DNA of 64,000 bases from Polyangiaceae bacterium (GCA_033763455.1 JANRKO010000035.1:1-64000), one strand, 5' to 3'; positions 39,899-53,187 are shown, counted from the first letter of the stretch. The notes: generated from the letters alone by a model not told the origin. Numbers and translations: made by a program.

Positions 39899-41007
39899 AA
39901 TCCTGGATCCAGGTAGTCAACGAGCACGCCCGTTGGGCTTAGAAAGCGAGTGCGGCCCGGTGCGCGCTCCACCACGTAATCTGGGTAAACCGGAACCTTG
40001 CCGTGCCCACCCGGTGTGTCGACGATGAATTTGGGCAAACAAATCCCACTCAATTTCCCCTGGAGCTGCCGCATGAGCTCGATTCCTGTGTTCAAAGGAG
40101 TGCGCAAATGGCCTGTTCCTAGCACCGGATCTGCCTGCAGAAGGTAGTAAGGGCGCACGCGTTCGCGCACCAAGCCGCGAAAAAGCTCGGTGAGCACGGC
40201 AGCGTTATCGTTCACTCCCCGCAGCAACACCGTATGATTGTTGATCGGAAAACCATAATCAGCCAAGCGATTGCAGGCGGCGCGCGCTTCAGGAGTAAGC
40301 TCTTTCGGGTGGTTGAAATGGGTCATCACCCAAAGTGGATGAAACGGCCGAAGCGCCGTTAATAGCTCGTCGGTGATGCGTTGAGGCAACACCACCGGTA
40401 CCCGCGTGGCCAAGCGGATCGTTTCGATGCTCTTGATTTCACGCAACGCACGGAGCACCTGCACGATGCGTTCGGTGGCTTGCGTGAGCACATCCCCACC
40501 ACTCACGATCACATCTTTCACCTCAGGGTGAGCTCGTAAATAGGCGAATGCCCCCGCCAAGCGCTCGATCGACCGAGCGCCGCCACCGTGCCCCACCATG
40601 CGGCTCCGCGTGCAAAAGCGGCAATAAACAGCGCACCTGTCCGTTACCAATAAAAGAGCGCGATCCGGGTAACGCTGCACAAGCTCAGGGGCCACCTCGT
40701 GCACCTCTTCGCCCAAAGGATCGCGCAGATCTCCTTGAGAAAGCTCTGCCTCTTCGGCACGCGGCACCACTTGACGCCGGATCGGACAAGCTTCATCCGC
40801 GGCATCCATGAGCGACAGATAATACGGTGTGATAGCAATGGGTAAGCCCGCTCGTTCGGCGCCGAGCGCCCCCTGCCGTTCACTTTCGGAGAGCTGCAGT
40901 GCTTGCTCGAGATCGCTGAGCGAACGGGTAGAGTTCTGAAGCTGCCAGCGCCAATCCTCTGGCCCCCGGGGCAAATCCTGGGTGCTGACTACGCGAAGCT
41001 CACTCAC
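39895..41007 (-). CDS. KamA family radical SAM protein (lysine 2,3-aminomutase/EpmB-like)
   Basis: [38 protein letters not shown] and PGGHGK. Confidence 0.93.
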   Translation of the reverse strand: MSELRVVSTQDLPRGPEDWRWQLQNSTRSLSDLEQALQLSESERQGALGAERAGLPIAITPYYLSLMDAADEACPIRRQVVPRAEEAELSQGDLRDPLGEEVHEVAPELVQRYPDRALLLVTDRCAVYCRFCTRSRMVGHGGGARSIERLAGAFAYLRAHPEVKDVIVSGGDVLTQATERIVQVLRALREIKSIETIRLATRVPVVLPQRITDELLTALRPFHPLWVMTHFNHPKELTPEARAACNRLADYGFPINNHTVLLRGVNDNAAVLTELFRGLVRERVRPYYLLQADPVLGTGHLRTPLNTGIELMRQLQGKLSGICLPKFIVDTPGGHGKVPVYPDYVVERAPGRTRFLSPTGVLVDYLDPGL

Positions 41008-42086
41008 GGGGTAGCTTTCGGTGCGGAGTTGGTTGCGGCCGTGCCTGTTGGGGCATTGGCCTTGGATTCTACGCGCAACTTTAGGGCGGCAAGCTCCTCT
41101 GCGTCTATCTTTACAGGGTAACGCTTCCGAAGCTCCGCCTCAAATGTGGCTTCTTTTTCCTTAATTCGCTCTTGCACGAGCGCTACACGGATGGTGCGTT
41201 CGGCCTCAGCCAACGAGCGCGAGCGTGCCTCCGTTTTCCCGGTGAGGCGCACAATGTGGAAGTGCCCGCCAGCCGATACCACCTTCGGCAATACGCCACC
41301 GAGCTCACCGATTTCAAACACCGCGTGCTTCAGTGCATCTGGCACCGACGCCGCAGAGTCCTTTTCTCCGGGGCGGGAAACAATTCCGAGATCGCCGCGC
41401 AACTCAGGCGGCTCGCTTTCGGAAGCCGTCTTCTTGTCTAAAGAAAACTCGAGCACCAAGGCTCCCCACTTTTCGGGGGTGGCCTTGAGCGCCTGGCGCA
41501 GCACCTCTTCGGCTTTAGCCTGCGTAGCGAGCTCAATGTGCGAAAGCCTGCGCCGCTCGGGATCGGCGTATTCGGCCCGATGAGCAGCGTAATAGGCCTG
41601 CACCTCGGTAAGGGGTATTTCTTCGGGTTTTGGTACGGTTTTCAGCAGATCGCGTTTGAGCTCGTCGCGCAACGCTTGGCGAAACCTGAGCTCCACTTCC
41701 GGATCTTTGTCGAGGCCACGGCGTTTGGCCTCCTGCGCCAAGAGCTCTACTTTGATGATTTCGTCGAGGAGCAGCTTTCTGCGATCGGGGGATTGGTAAC
41801 GCAAACGCTCAAACTGATCCATGCGAGAGAGAATCGCCGCAAAATCACCTAGCGTTATCTTGGTGTCGCCCACACGCGCCAGGACTCGAGCCGCAAGCTC
41901 GGGCGAAAGGGTGTTGGTGGGCGAACCTGGGCCAGCGTCGGCGCCCGGGGCACTCGAGGGAGCCGTGTTCTTCTGGGAACTGTCGCATGCGTTAGCAGCC
42001 AAACACGCGGCCAGCACGCAAATGCCGAGCTTGCACCGACCTTCGCGCCAGCACTTTTCCGAAGAGCTCTTGAAGGAACTTCGCAT
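41004..42086 (-). CDS. Parvulin-type peptidyl-prolyl isomerase / foldase lipoprotein
   Basis: VLARVG..ITL, LLAQEAKRRGL, SHI, FSLD, GDLG and FHIVRL. Start uncertain. Confidence 0.82.
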   Translation of the reverse strand: MRSSFKSSSEKCWREGRCKLGICVLAACLAANACDSSQKNTAPSSAPGADAGPGSPTNTLSPELAARVLARVGDTKITLGDFAAILSRMDQFERLRYQSPDRRKLLLDEIIKVELLAQEAKRRGLDKDPEVELRFRQALRDELKRDLLKTVPKPEEIPLTEVQAYYAAHRAEYADPERRRLSHIELATQAKAEEVLRQALKATPEKWGALVLEFSLDKKTASESEPPELRGDLGIVSRPGEKDSAASVPDALKHAVFEIGELGGVLPKVVSAGGHFHIVRLTGKTEARSRSLAEAERTIRVALVQERIKEKEATFEAELRKRYPVKIDAEELAALKLRVESKANAPTGTAATNSAPKATP

Positions 42087-42155
42087 CAGCCCGTGGAATA
42101 CTACGGGCTTGCTGGCTCGGCCAGAGGAAGGCTCTGTGCCTTACCCGAGTGGGCA

Positions 42156-42368
42156 TCAAGGTTGCCCAGAGGCCAGCAGCCACTTGGCGATATGAGAAGC
42201 GATATCCGCGCAAACTTGAACAGCGAGCATCAGGTTAAACGACAACAGATCCAGCGTGTCGCGATCACCCCCTAGCTGCTCAGGCGACGGCGGATGGTGG
42301 GATTCGATGCGCGTTAGGCGATCCTGGAGCTGAGCGAGCTTGGCGCCGATGACATCAGGCTTGACCAC
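42156..42368 (-). pseudogene. HepT/DUF86 (HEPN) toxin remnant with internal deletion
   Basis: VVKPDVIGAKLAQL...DRDTLDLLSFNLMLAVQVCADIASHI, then an immediate C-terminus; 70 aa, no RxxxxH motif. Confidence 0.65.
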
Positions 42369-42697
42369 TAGAAGCCCCTCTCTAGAGGCTCCCCATCGGG
42401 ACGCATGGACGAAGGCTCGCACACGCGGTGGTAGGGCGGGCGGTGGCGAAAACCCGGCAGGAGCAGGCACCTCTCGCGTCCTGACATGTACTTGTCATGC
42501 TAAGTACTTCGCGTAGGGGAAAATCATCGCCTGCAGCCCAATGCGGTGCCACCCACGGGCCGCATGCAGACACGTTCAGCGGCGCGATCGTTGCTGCTGC
42601 GACTTCTTGCCGTAGAAAAGCTCCATCTTGAACCCACGGGATCAACCCCACAAACAGCCATTGCTCGATTGCGCGGGCCTAGAGTAACTGTGCCTCT

Positions 42698-43429
42698 GTG
42701 GAGCCCAAACCAGCCGAGAGCCTCAAATATCAACGCGTTGTGGTGAAGCTGAGCGGTGAAGCGCTCTGCGGGAAAGAGGGTGGCTCGGGGATCGATACGG
42801 CGACGCTCAAAGCTACCGCCCAGGAGCTCAAAGAGGTGCACGCCACCGGGGTGCAAATCGGCATCGTTGTCGGCGGTGGCAACATCTTCCGTGGGTTGCG
42901 CGGAGCCAGCGAGGGCATGGACCGCGCCCAGAGCGACTACATGGGTATGCTGGCCACCGTCATCAATTCCCTAGCGCTCCAGGACGCTCTTGAACGCTGC
43001 GATGTTCCAACACGCGTGATGACCGCGATCGAAATTCGGCAAGTGGCCGAACCCTACATCCGGCGCCGAGCCATGCGCCACTTGGCTCGCGGCAACGTGG
43101 TGATCTTCGCAGCCGGAACTGGGAACCCGTATTTTTCGACCGATACCGCCGCAGCGCTGCGCGCGATGGAAATTCGGGCGGATGGGTTGTTCAAAGCCAC
43201 CAAGGTGGACGGCATTTACGACCGTGACCCTAAGCGCCACCCAGACGCCCGGCTGCTTCAGACCGTCACCTACGATCGATTCCTCGGCGACCACCTCGGC
43301 GTGATGGATTCCACGGCGGTGGCCCTTTGCCGTGAAAACGGCCTGCCGATTCGAGTTTTTCAGATGATTCCAGGAAATATCCGGCGAGTCTGTTTGGGCG
43401 AGAACGTCGGGACCACGGTCACCCACTAA
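42698..43429 (+). CDS. pyrH: UMP kinase
   Basis: [33 protein letters not shown] and VMDSTA. Confidence 0.97.
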   Translation: MEPKPAESLKYQRVVVKLSGEALCGKEGGSGIDTATLKATAQELKEVHATGVQIGIVVGGGNIFRGLRGASEGMDRAQSDYMGMLATVINSLALQDALERCDVPTRVMTAIEIRQVAEPYIRRRAMRHLARGNVVIFAAGTGNPYFSTDTAAALRAMEIRADGLFKATKVDGIYDRDPKRHPDARLLQTVTYDRFLGDHLGVMDSTAVALCRENGLPIRVFQMIPGNIRRVCLGENVGTTVTH

Positions 43430-43508
43430 TTTCCGAGCGGTACTCTCGGGTGCCGGCGGCGCCAAGCCTCGACCGTGCTCGGCATTCGGCTAAGCTGCGT
43501 GCACCGTT

Positions 43509-45854
43509 ATGTGGAGCTCGCTGCAGATAGGTTTGCCCGAACTTGGAACGTCGGTCATTTATGGCATTCTCTTATGCGCAGCGTACACGTTCGCTGTCGC
43601 CGTAGCCGCTGGCCGAAGTAAGCCGCGCTTGCTTCAGGCGGCTCGCGTGGGTGCCTACGCGACGAGCGCCATGGTCGGCTTTGCGGTGCTGCTTCTGGCG
43701 TACGCCTTTCTGACGCACGATTTTCGGATCCGCTACGTGCTCCGCTACAGCGATCGATCGATGTCGACGCCTTACCTGCTCACCTCGCTCTGGGGGGGCC
43801 AAGACGGATCGCTGCTTTGGTGGATCGCCTTGCTCAGCGTCTACATCACGCTCGCCATTCGCTGGCTCAAAGGGCGCTACCGTGACCTTCAGCCGTACGT
43901 CATCGCCACCCTGATGGTGATCGTCGCTTTTTTCACAATTGTGCTGATTTTCTCGGCCAATCCCTTCGCCACCACGATCGCTTCGAGCCCGCCGGACGGT
44001 GAAGGCCTAAATCCCCTCTTGCAGAGCTACTGGATGATCATTCATCCGCCAGCACTCTACACGGGCTTTGTGGGATGCTCTGTGCCCTTCGCTTTTGCGA
44101 TAGCGGCGCTTATCACGGGCCGCTTGGACAACGAATGGATCATCGCCGTTCGTAAATGGATGCTGTTTGCGTTTCTGTTCCTATCAATCGGCAATTGGCT
44201 CGGGATGATGTGGGCCTACGAGGAGCTCGGCTGGGGCGGCTACTGGGCTTGGGATCCGGTAGAGAACGCAGCGTGTTTGCCGTGGTTTACCGCCGCAGCT
44301 TACGTGCACTCCACGATGATCCAAGAGCGCCGCAGTATGCTCAAGGTGTGGAACCTTTTTCTCATCTGCCTCACGTTTTTTCTGACGATTTTCGGCACTT
44401 TCTTAACGCGTTCGGGCCTCATCACAAGTGTGCACAGCTTCGCTCAAAGCAGCATCGGTAATTACTTTTTAGTCTTCATGGGGCTGATTATCGCGACCTC
44501 GGTGGGGCTCATTGTTTGGCGGTTGCCAGAGCTCCGGGCAAAGAGTGAAATCGAAGCCGTCACCAGTCGGGAAGCGATGTTCGTGCTCAACAACTGGGCA
44601 CTCCTCGGAGCGATGTCGTTCATCGCCATCGCCACGCTGTTCCCGAAAATCAGCGAATGGCTGTGGAACGAAAATGCAACGGTGGGGCCTCCATTTTTCA
44701 ACCGTTGGCTGGCGCCGATTGGCCTTTTGATCTTCGCGTTGATGGGGTTGGCACCGCTTTTTGGTTGGCGGAAAACGAGCCCTGAGCTGTTACGAAAGAG
44801 CTTCGTTTGGCCGCTTGCTGCGCTGTTTGCCGGCGCGGCCCTGCACCTCGCGTTGGGCAAGGCCTTGGGCTTTCCGGCCCTCGTTGAGAACGATATCTTC
44901 TATCCGGGAGCCGTGGGTCTAGTGCTCCAGAAGATCGGCGCCATCTCTCCGCTGCTCACCATGTCCCTGGCAGCGTTCAACGTGGCAGTGATCGTGCAAG
45001 AGTTCGCTCGCGGGGTTGCGGCGCGACAATCAGCTGCGCAAAAACGCGGGGAGCAGGAGAGCATCGGCCAGGCGCTTTTCCGTCTGGTCTCGAAAAACCG
45101 CCGCCGCTACGGGGGCTACATCGTGCACGCGGGTATAGTGTGCATGTTCATTGGGTTTGCCGGTGCCGCTTGGAACGTGGATCGTGAAGCCAGCCTTTCG
45201 GTCGGCGAAACGTACACCGTGGGCAACTACACCGTCACGTATAAGAGCGCGCGCATGTGCCCCAGCATGCGGCCAGATGGCGGCGGTTGCAGTGTGGAAG
45301 AACAATCCGACGTGAGCAAACGACGGGTGATAGCTAACCTGGAGCTCGCCCGCGGCGGGAAATATGTAGGCAGCGTGAGCCCGGCACAGTTCGTTTACAC
45401 ACGCCAGCAGCAAACCACCACGGAGGTCAGCATCCTTCGAACCTTCCGCGATGATTTCTACAGTGTAGTGGGGCGCGTGGATCCCTCCACCAAACAAGCT
45501 ACGTTCCAATTTCACGTTAAGCCCTTGGTTTCTTGGATTTGGTTGGGGGTGACCATTTTGATTTTTGGAACCACGCTTTCGCTTTGGCCACAGTTCTCTT
45601 ACGGCAGGGTGGGCGTGTGGAGTCTTGTGCGCACGGCTTCGGGTGCCGCCACCGGCATTGCTTTTTCCATCTGGCTCGCCATGAGTCCCTCGCTAGCCCA
45701 CGCCAAAGTGCGTCCAAGGGCAGTTGCAAGTCCGGCCGCCGTGCAAACGGAGCCCGCCCGGAGTTCCCAAATGGCAATCGCCCTAGCGCTCGGCGCGGGC
45801 TTAGTGGTAGGCGTGGGGCAGAGCCTTCGGCGCCGACGTGACCTCGGTGAGTGA
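43509..45854 (+). CDS. ccmF: Cytochrome c heme lyase CcmF/NrfE family
   Basis: WGGQDGSLL, GLNPLLQ..MIIHPP, WAYEELGWGGYWAWDPVEN, TRSG..SVHSFA and KPLVSWIW. Confidence 0.93.
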   Translation: MWSSLQIGLPELGTSVIYGILLCAAYTFAVAVAAGRSKPRLLQAARVGAYATSAMVGFAVLLLAYAFLTHDFRIRYVLRYSDRSMSTPYLLTSLWGGQDGSLLWWIALLSVYITLAIRWLKGRYRDLQPYVIATLMVIVAFFTIVLIFSANPFATTIASSPPDGEGLNPLLQSYWMIIHPPALYTGFVGCSVPFAFAIAALITGRLDNEWIIAVRKWMLFAFLFLSIGNWLGMMWAYEELGWGGYWAWDPVENAACLPWFTAAAYVHSTMIQERRSMLKVWNLFLICLTFFLTIFGTFLTRSGLITSVHSFAQSSIGNYFLVFMGLIIATSVGLIVWRLPELRAKSEIEAVTSREAMFVLNNWALLGAMSFIAIATLFPKISEWLWNENATVGPPFFNRWLAPIGLLIFALMGLAPLFGWRKTSPELLRKSFVWPLAALFAGAALHLALGKALGFPALVENDIFYPGAVGLVLQKIGAISPLLTMSLAAFNVAVIVQEFARGVAARQSAAQKRGEQESIGQALFRLVSKNRRRYGGYIVHAGIVCMFIGFAGAAWNVDREASLSVGETYTVGNYTVTYKSARMCPSMRPDGGGCSVEEQSDVSKRRVIANLELARGGKYVGSVSPAQFVYTRQQQTTTEVSILRTFRDDFYSVVGRVDPSTKQATFQFHVKPLVSWIWLGVTILIFGTTLSLWPQFSYGRVGVWSLVRTASGAATGIAFSIWLAMSPSLAHAKVRPRAVASPAAVQTEPARSSQMAIALALGAGLVVGVGQSLRRRRDLGE

Positions 45855-46359
45855 ACCTAATTCTTTAAGCCTCCTGGCCTTGCTCGAAAGGCCCATCTAT
45901 CGGCGAGTCGCTATCGTCGGTGTGGTGGCGTTGGCTTTCGCGATGGGCACTTCTCGGGGCATTGCGAGTGGTTTCTTGGTGCTCGCGGGGGCTTTTCTGC
46001 TGCTCACGCTGGGCCTGCTGTGGACAAGCCTGGAGAGCCTGAGCGGCAAAGCGAAGCTCAGCCTAGATGAGGCACTGAGCTTGGCGCGCCCGAGCGCCGA
46101 AGAAGAACAGAAGCAAAGCGTGCTCCGGGCGCTGAAAGATCTCGAGTTCGAGCGCAGCGTCGGCAAGATCAGCGACGAAGATTACCAAGAGCTCTCCGCC
46201 CATTACCGCGCAGAAGCCAAACGGCTCATGGCCTTGTTAGATGAGCACCACGCGCGTAGCCGGGCGGAAGTGGAAGCCCTTGCGCGAGGGGAGCTCGCGG
46301 GTGCCAAGAGCAAAGCAAAGGTTGAGGCAAAGGTCGATCCGGTGGAGCCGAGTTCATGA
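45838..46359 (+). CDS. Membrane protein, possible CcmI-like cytochrome c biogenesis factor
   Basis: Two TM segments, then LRALKDLEFE..GKISDEDY; coupled to ccmF. Confidence 0.6.
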   Translation: MTSVSEPNSLSLLALLERPIYRRVAIVGVVALAFAMGTSRGIASGFLVLAGAFLLLTLGLLWTSLESLSGKAKLSLDEALSLARPSAEEEQKQSVLRALKDLEFERSVGKISDEDYQELSAHYRAEAKRLMALLDEHHARSRAEVEALARGELAGAKSKAKVEAKVDPVEPSS

Positions 46360-47756
46360 TGATTGTGGGTTACCGGAAGCTCTGGCGCCTACGAGGGGTC
46401 GTTGCCGGACCGCTGTTGATCTCTTCGCTCGTTGGCGCAGCTTGGTCGGTGTTGTTGATCACCTCGGTAACCGGTGCTGCCGCGCAAACACTGGGCACCA
46501 GCCCTACAGCAGCGCCAGCGCCGAGCGCGCCCGCGACAACTCAGGCACCGGTCTCCAGTGGGCCACCTGCGTCAGGACGGGCCTCGCCGGGACCAGCTGC
46601 GGCGCCCTCTGCGCACGGCGCGGGGAAAGCAGAAGATCCCCTCGCCGACACGGCAGCGGCAGATCCCGCGCTGCCAGTCGGCAGCCTCTCGGCCCAGATC
46701 GTCAACGATCAAAACCAACCCGTGCCCGGCCAAGCCGTACGCCTCGCGATCCACTTTGAGAGCATCGCCGAAGGCCAGGAAGACAAGGAGCAAACGGCGC
46801 AGACAGACAGCGCGGGTCGAGTCCAATTCGACCGCTTAGCGATCGGCTCCAAATACAACTACCGCATCCTTACGCAGTATGCGGGGGCAGAATACAGCTC
46901 CGAATCCGTCAACCTCGGGCCGGATATGGGCATTCACATGCGCCTGCATGTGTTTCCGTCTACCGGTGATCTCTCCTTAACGCGCATTACAACGCGTGCC
47001 CTTTACAGCATTGAACCGCGCGATGAGGTCTTCCAGGTTCAGGCGCTGATTCGCCTGAGCAATCACGGCCCCCTTACCTTCAAACCTCAAGGCTTCAACA
47101 TTCGCCTGCCCGAAGGCGCCAAAGCCTTCACCGACGACAGCAAACTCGACCAGAAATTCCAGGAAAGTTCGGGGGTTGCGCGCCTTTCTGGCAGTTTTAC
47201 TCCGTACCGCCACCACGACCTCAAGTTTCGTTTTCAGATCCCCAACACCAACGAAGCGCGCCAAAGCTTCACGTTGGGCTTGCTTCCGAACGCGATCGAG
47301 TCGCGGGTGATCGTCGAAAAAGGGCGGGGAATGCAGCTTGAGGTACAGGGCTACGGCGAAGTCAAAGAAGACGCTGCTCCCGATGGGCGTGCGATCATTT
47401 GGGCGCAGAACATCGCCTCTCGCGACGGCGAACGGCGCGAAGCTGAAGTTGTTATTTCAGGGCTTCCAACGGTGGGCCCGCTCAGGATTTGGATTGTTGC
47501 CTTAGCCTTGGCTATGGCGCTGCTAGGCGTGCGAGCGGCGCGACTCAATCAGGCCCCGGACAAAGCTAAAGCGGATCCGGACCGAGCAAAGACCGAACTC
47601 GAACAGGCCCAAGCGGTTCTATTGCAGGAGCTCCAGGCACTTGAGCGCGCCCGAGACACCTCCGAGATCGGCCCCAAGACGTACGAGCGTGCCCGTGAAG
47701 CCCTCATCCTGGCGCTCGTTCAGCTGCGCCAACAGCTCAATCAACGGCCCGGCTAA
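46356..47756 (+). CDS. Membrane-anchored periplasmic protein in the ccm operon
   Basis: N-terminal signal/TM, beta-sandwich-like TDSAGRVQF, C-terminal TM and LE..GEIGPKTY-like tail. Confidence 0.6.
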   Translation: MMIVGYRKLWRLRGVVAGPLLISSLVGAAWSVLLITSVTGAAAQTLGTSPTAAPAPSAPATTQAPVSSGPPASGRASPGPAAAPSAHGAGKAEDPLADTAAADPALPVGSLSAQIVNDQNQPVPGQAVRLAIHFESIAEGQEDKEQTAQTDSAGRVQFDRLAIGSKYNYRILTQYAGAEYSSESVNLGPDMGIHMRLHVFPSTGDLSLTRITTRALYSIEPRDEVFQVQALIRLSNHGPLTFKPQGFNIRLPEGAKAFTDDSKLDQKFQESSGVARLSGSFTPYRHHDLKFRFQIPNTNEARQSFTLGLLPNAIESRVIVEKGRGMQLEVQGYGEVKEDAAPDGRAIIWAQNIASRDGERREAEVVISGLPTVGPLRIWIVALALAMALLGVRAARLNQAPDKAKADPDRAKTELEQAQAVLLQELQALERARDTSEIGPKTYERAREALILALVQLRQQLNQRPG

Positions 47757-47854
47757 GGTCTCCGGAGGCCCACGCCTCCAGAGATTCGAGTGCTTCAACC
47801 AAACGGCCGATCCCTGAACAGCTGTCGCGAGAACGACACAAAAAGCGAACAAAT

Positions 47855-48095
47855 CCAACAATCCACAGGCTGTGGATAAATTAGGGGTAACTCTGAGGAT
47901 GCTTGCGGGCCACACTTGTGGACCAAAGGGACCACCCCCATTCGTCCCCCATCGCGCCGCAGCAAGCCCCCGAGTTTCTCAACAGGGCGCCGGACTAAAA
48001 CCAAAACGATTTTAGACAGTTATGCCACTGTCCACAGAATTCACAGGCCCTTCTATCACCACTAATTCTTTATTTAGATCTTAAAGAGAAAAAGA
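47855..48095. other. oriC: Chromosomal replication origin (oriC) candidate
   Basis: Perfect DnaA box TGTGGATAA at 47871-47879; variants at 47859, 47917, 47976, 48028 and 48037; then GGCCC, triplets TTC TAT CAC CAC TAA and an AT-rich tract; directly upstream of dnaN. Confidence 0.85.
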
Positions 48096-48232
48096 ACGTC
48101 GGGTTCCCTCCGTTCTTCCGGCCCGAGCCCGACTCGATAATATGTGGGTTTTAGCCCCCACTCCGGCCGAACTACGTATACCTGCTGCGGGTGCTAGCCG
48201 TGAGGCGCGACCCCGGCTAGTGAGGAGCGAGA

Positions 48233-49378
48233 ATGCATGTTGTCGTGAGCAAGAGGGACCTCATTCGAGTTTTGGCTCGATGCCAGGGTGTCGCTGACAA
48301 AAAGAGCACAATGCCGGCGCTGGGCAACGTCGCGTTGCAGACGATAGGTAACGATAAGTTGCGCTTGTCTGCGACCGATCTGTTCCTTGCCGTAACGAGC
48401 AGCATCAACGCCAAGGTGGAGCGCCCTGGCACCATCGCCCTGGGCGCGAAAGATTTGCTCGAACGTGTGCGCATGATGCCCGAAGGCGAGATCTCGATTG
48501 AAACGCCAGTCGGCTCAGCGAACAGCACGCTCCGCGCTGTGGGTTCTGCTCGACGCTACACACTGCATGGCATCCCCGGCGAGGAATTCCCGACCCTGCC
48601 AGAGCCCGATCCCAAAGCCAGTGTGTTGTCACTCCAGGTGGATTCCCTTTCACGTTTGATTGCAGCGACGCATTTCTCGATTTCCACCGACGAGACGCGT
48701 TTGCACCTGAACAGCGCCCTGTTCGAGTGGGAAGGCGAAGCCGTACGCATGGTAACCACCGATGGCCATCGCTTGAGCAAGATGGAAATGTTTGAACCGG
48801 GGCGCCAAGCTCAGGCCTCCATGCTCATTCCGCTCAAAGGCGTGATGGAATTGAAGCGCCTGTGCGACGAAGCCAAAGGCGAAAAAGAGGGCGGAGCCGA
48901 CGCCAGCATTCAGATTGTGCAGAGCGGTCCGAACGCGTTTTTCTCGCTGTCTGGTTTTCGCTTCAGCGTCAAGCTGGTGGATGCCCAGTTCCCGCCGTAC
49001 CAGCAGGTGATTCCCGAAAGTAGCGAGCGCGTAGTTACCGCTCCCAGGCTCGCTGTTGCAGACGCTCTACGCGCTGTAGCTATCGCCGCAAGCGACCGCA
49101 CAGGTGGCGTCAAGCTCACCATCACGCCCGGGCGGTTAAGGTTTGAGAGTGAAAGCCCCGAAAGTGGCGAAGGGTTCGACGAAGTGGCCGTGGATTATGA
49201 CGGCGTGGAAATGACCGTCGGCTTCAATGCGCGGTACTTTTTGGATGTGCTCACGGCCGTGGAGGACGATGAGATCGCTCTTGGGCTCAGCGGCGAGCTA
49301 GATCCCGCAGTGGTCCAACCGGCTACCCAGGCTAAGAGCACTCGCCAAGTCGCTGTCATTATGCCGATGCGCATCTGA
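48233..49378 (+). CDS. dnaN: DNA polymerase III beta clamp
   Basis: LSATDL, EFP, DETR, VTTDGHRLS, FPPY, GFNARY and IMPMRI. Confidence 0.97.
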   Translation: MHVVVSKRDLIRVLARCQGVADKKSTMPALGNVALQTIGNDKLRLSATDLFLAVTSSINAKVERPGTIALGAKDLLERVRMMPEGEISIETPVGSANSTLRAVGSARRYTLHGIPGEEFPTLPEPDPKASVLSLQVDSLSRLIAATHFSISTDETRLHLNSALFEWEGEAVRMVTTDGHRLSKMEMFEPGRQAQASMLIPLKGVMELKRLCDEAKGEKEGGADASIQIVQSGPNAFFSLSGFRFSVKLVDAQFPPYQQVIPESSERVVTAPRLAVADALRAVAIAASDRTGGVKLTITPGRLRFESESPESGEGFDEVAVDYDGVEMTVGFNARYFLDVLTAVEDDEIALGLSGELDPAVVQPATQAKSTRQVAVIMPMRI

Positions 49379-49422
49379 AGTGAGCGGTGAGCCTGTGCGG
49401 CTGAAACCGACGCAGAGCGAAC

Positions 49423-50532
49423 ATGACGCACGCCCCTAGCCTCCTTTGGTTCGAACGGCTCAGGGTGCGGAGTGCGAGGAATCTTGAGGCTGTCGACTTC
49501 GATGCAAGCCCGGGGTTGAACCTGATTTATGGGGACAACGGGCAGGGAAAAACAAGTTTGCTTGAGGCGATCTATCTGGTTGCCACCAGTCGTTCCTTTC
49601 GAGCTGAGCGGATTTCAGAGCTCATTCGCGAAGGGGACCTAAGTGCGACCGTCTCTGCGAACATTGTGGAAGCCGGCTTTTCGCGCGAGCAGCGCGCAGT
49701 GATAGGGAAAAAGGAGCGCACGTTTCTTCTCGACGGAAAAAAGCCTCAATCTCTAGCTGAGTTTGCGGTCCAGACCCCTGTCGTGATTTTCCACCCCGGA
49801 GACCTTGGGTTGGTGGCGGGAGCTGCAACGATACGCCGGCGTCTGCTTCGGCGGGTCGCTCTCTACGCCAACCCGGGTAGCGCCCTTCACCGTATTCGCC
49901 TTTCCTACGCGGCTCGTAGCCGCCAGCAGGTGCTTAAGACTCGGGGAACACAAGCCCCTGAGTTGGACGCATTAGAGGCTGTGATGGCCCGACACGGCGT
50001 GAGCTACGGCCGAGCGGTGGCCAGTGCCGCAGCGGATCTGATCTCGGCTTTGAAAGGTGCTTTCGCCCAACTAGCGGCCCCCGACCTTAAGTTTGAGGCA
50101 CGCCACCGGCAAGGAGGCTCCCTAGACGAAGCCGAATACCAAAAAGCACTCGTTGAGCGACGGGCGCTCGATACAGAACGCCACGCTCAAAGTTATGGCC
50201 CTGCCAAAGATGAGCTGATCTTCGAAATAGCTGGGCGGTCCGCCCGCAAACATGCGTCCCAAGGTCAACAGCGCATTTTAGCGCTCGCCGTAAAGCTTGC
50301 TGAGCTCGAGTGCGTGCGGCAATTGCGCCAAAAGAACCCTGTGCTCCTTTTGGATGATGTTTCAAGTGAGCTCGATCCGGCGCGTACAGCGTCCGTTTAC
50401 GAGTTCCTTTCCGCAAGCAAAAGCCAGATTTTCCTCACCACTACACGCCGTGAACTGTTCGCAATTCCGAGCGGCCTTGAGGGTGAAAGTGCAGTGTGGC
50501 GAGTCCAAGCCGGGAAAATTGAAAAAGCCTAA
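49423..50532 (+). CDS. recF: DNA replication/repair protein RecF
   Basis: RNL, GDNGQGKTSLLEAI..SFR, ASQGQQR and LLLDDVSSELD. Confidence 0.95.
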   Translation: MTHAPSLLWFERLRVRSARNLEAVDFDASPGLNLIYGDNGQGKTSLLEAIYLVATSRSFRAERISELIREGDLSATVSANIVEAGFSREQRAVIGKKERTFLLDGKKPQSLAEFAVQTPVVIFHPGDLGLVAGAATIRRRLLRRVALYANPGSALHRIRLSYAARSRQQVLKTRGTQAPELDALEAVMARHGVSYGRAVASAAADLISALKGAFAQLAAPDLKFEARHRQGGSLDEAEYQKALVERRALDTERHAQSYGPAKDELIFEIAGRSARKHASQGQQRILALAVKLAELECVRQLRQKNPVLLLDDVSSELDPARTASVYEFLSASKSQIFLTTTRRELFAIPSGLEGESAVWRVQAGKIEKA

Positions 50533-50676
50533 AAGCGGGCCTTAAGTTGAGCCTTAGGGGCGGCGAATTATGGCTGCTTTTCGGGGGGCTCCAAGAACAA
50601 GAATCCAGCATCTTTTTCGCTAGTTCAGGCTTGCTGGTGTGGGAGATTTTGGCTATACGAAAGGGCCGTTTTTTAG

Positions 50677-53187
<2,511 letters not shown>

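Noticed and set aside
39895..41007. KamA enzyme as part of a natural-product cluster
   Set aside because: Its neighbours are a carboxylase subunit and a foldase; no biosynthetic or precursor genes are nearby.
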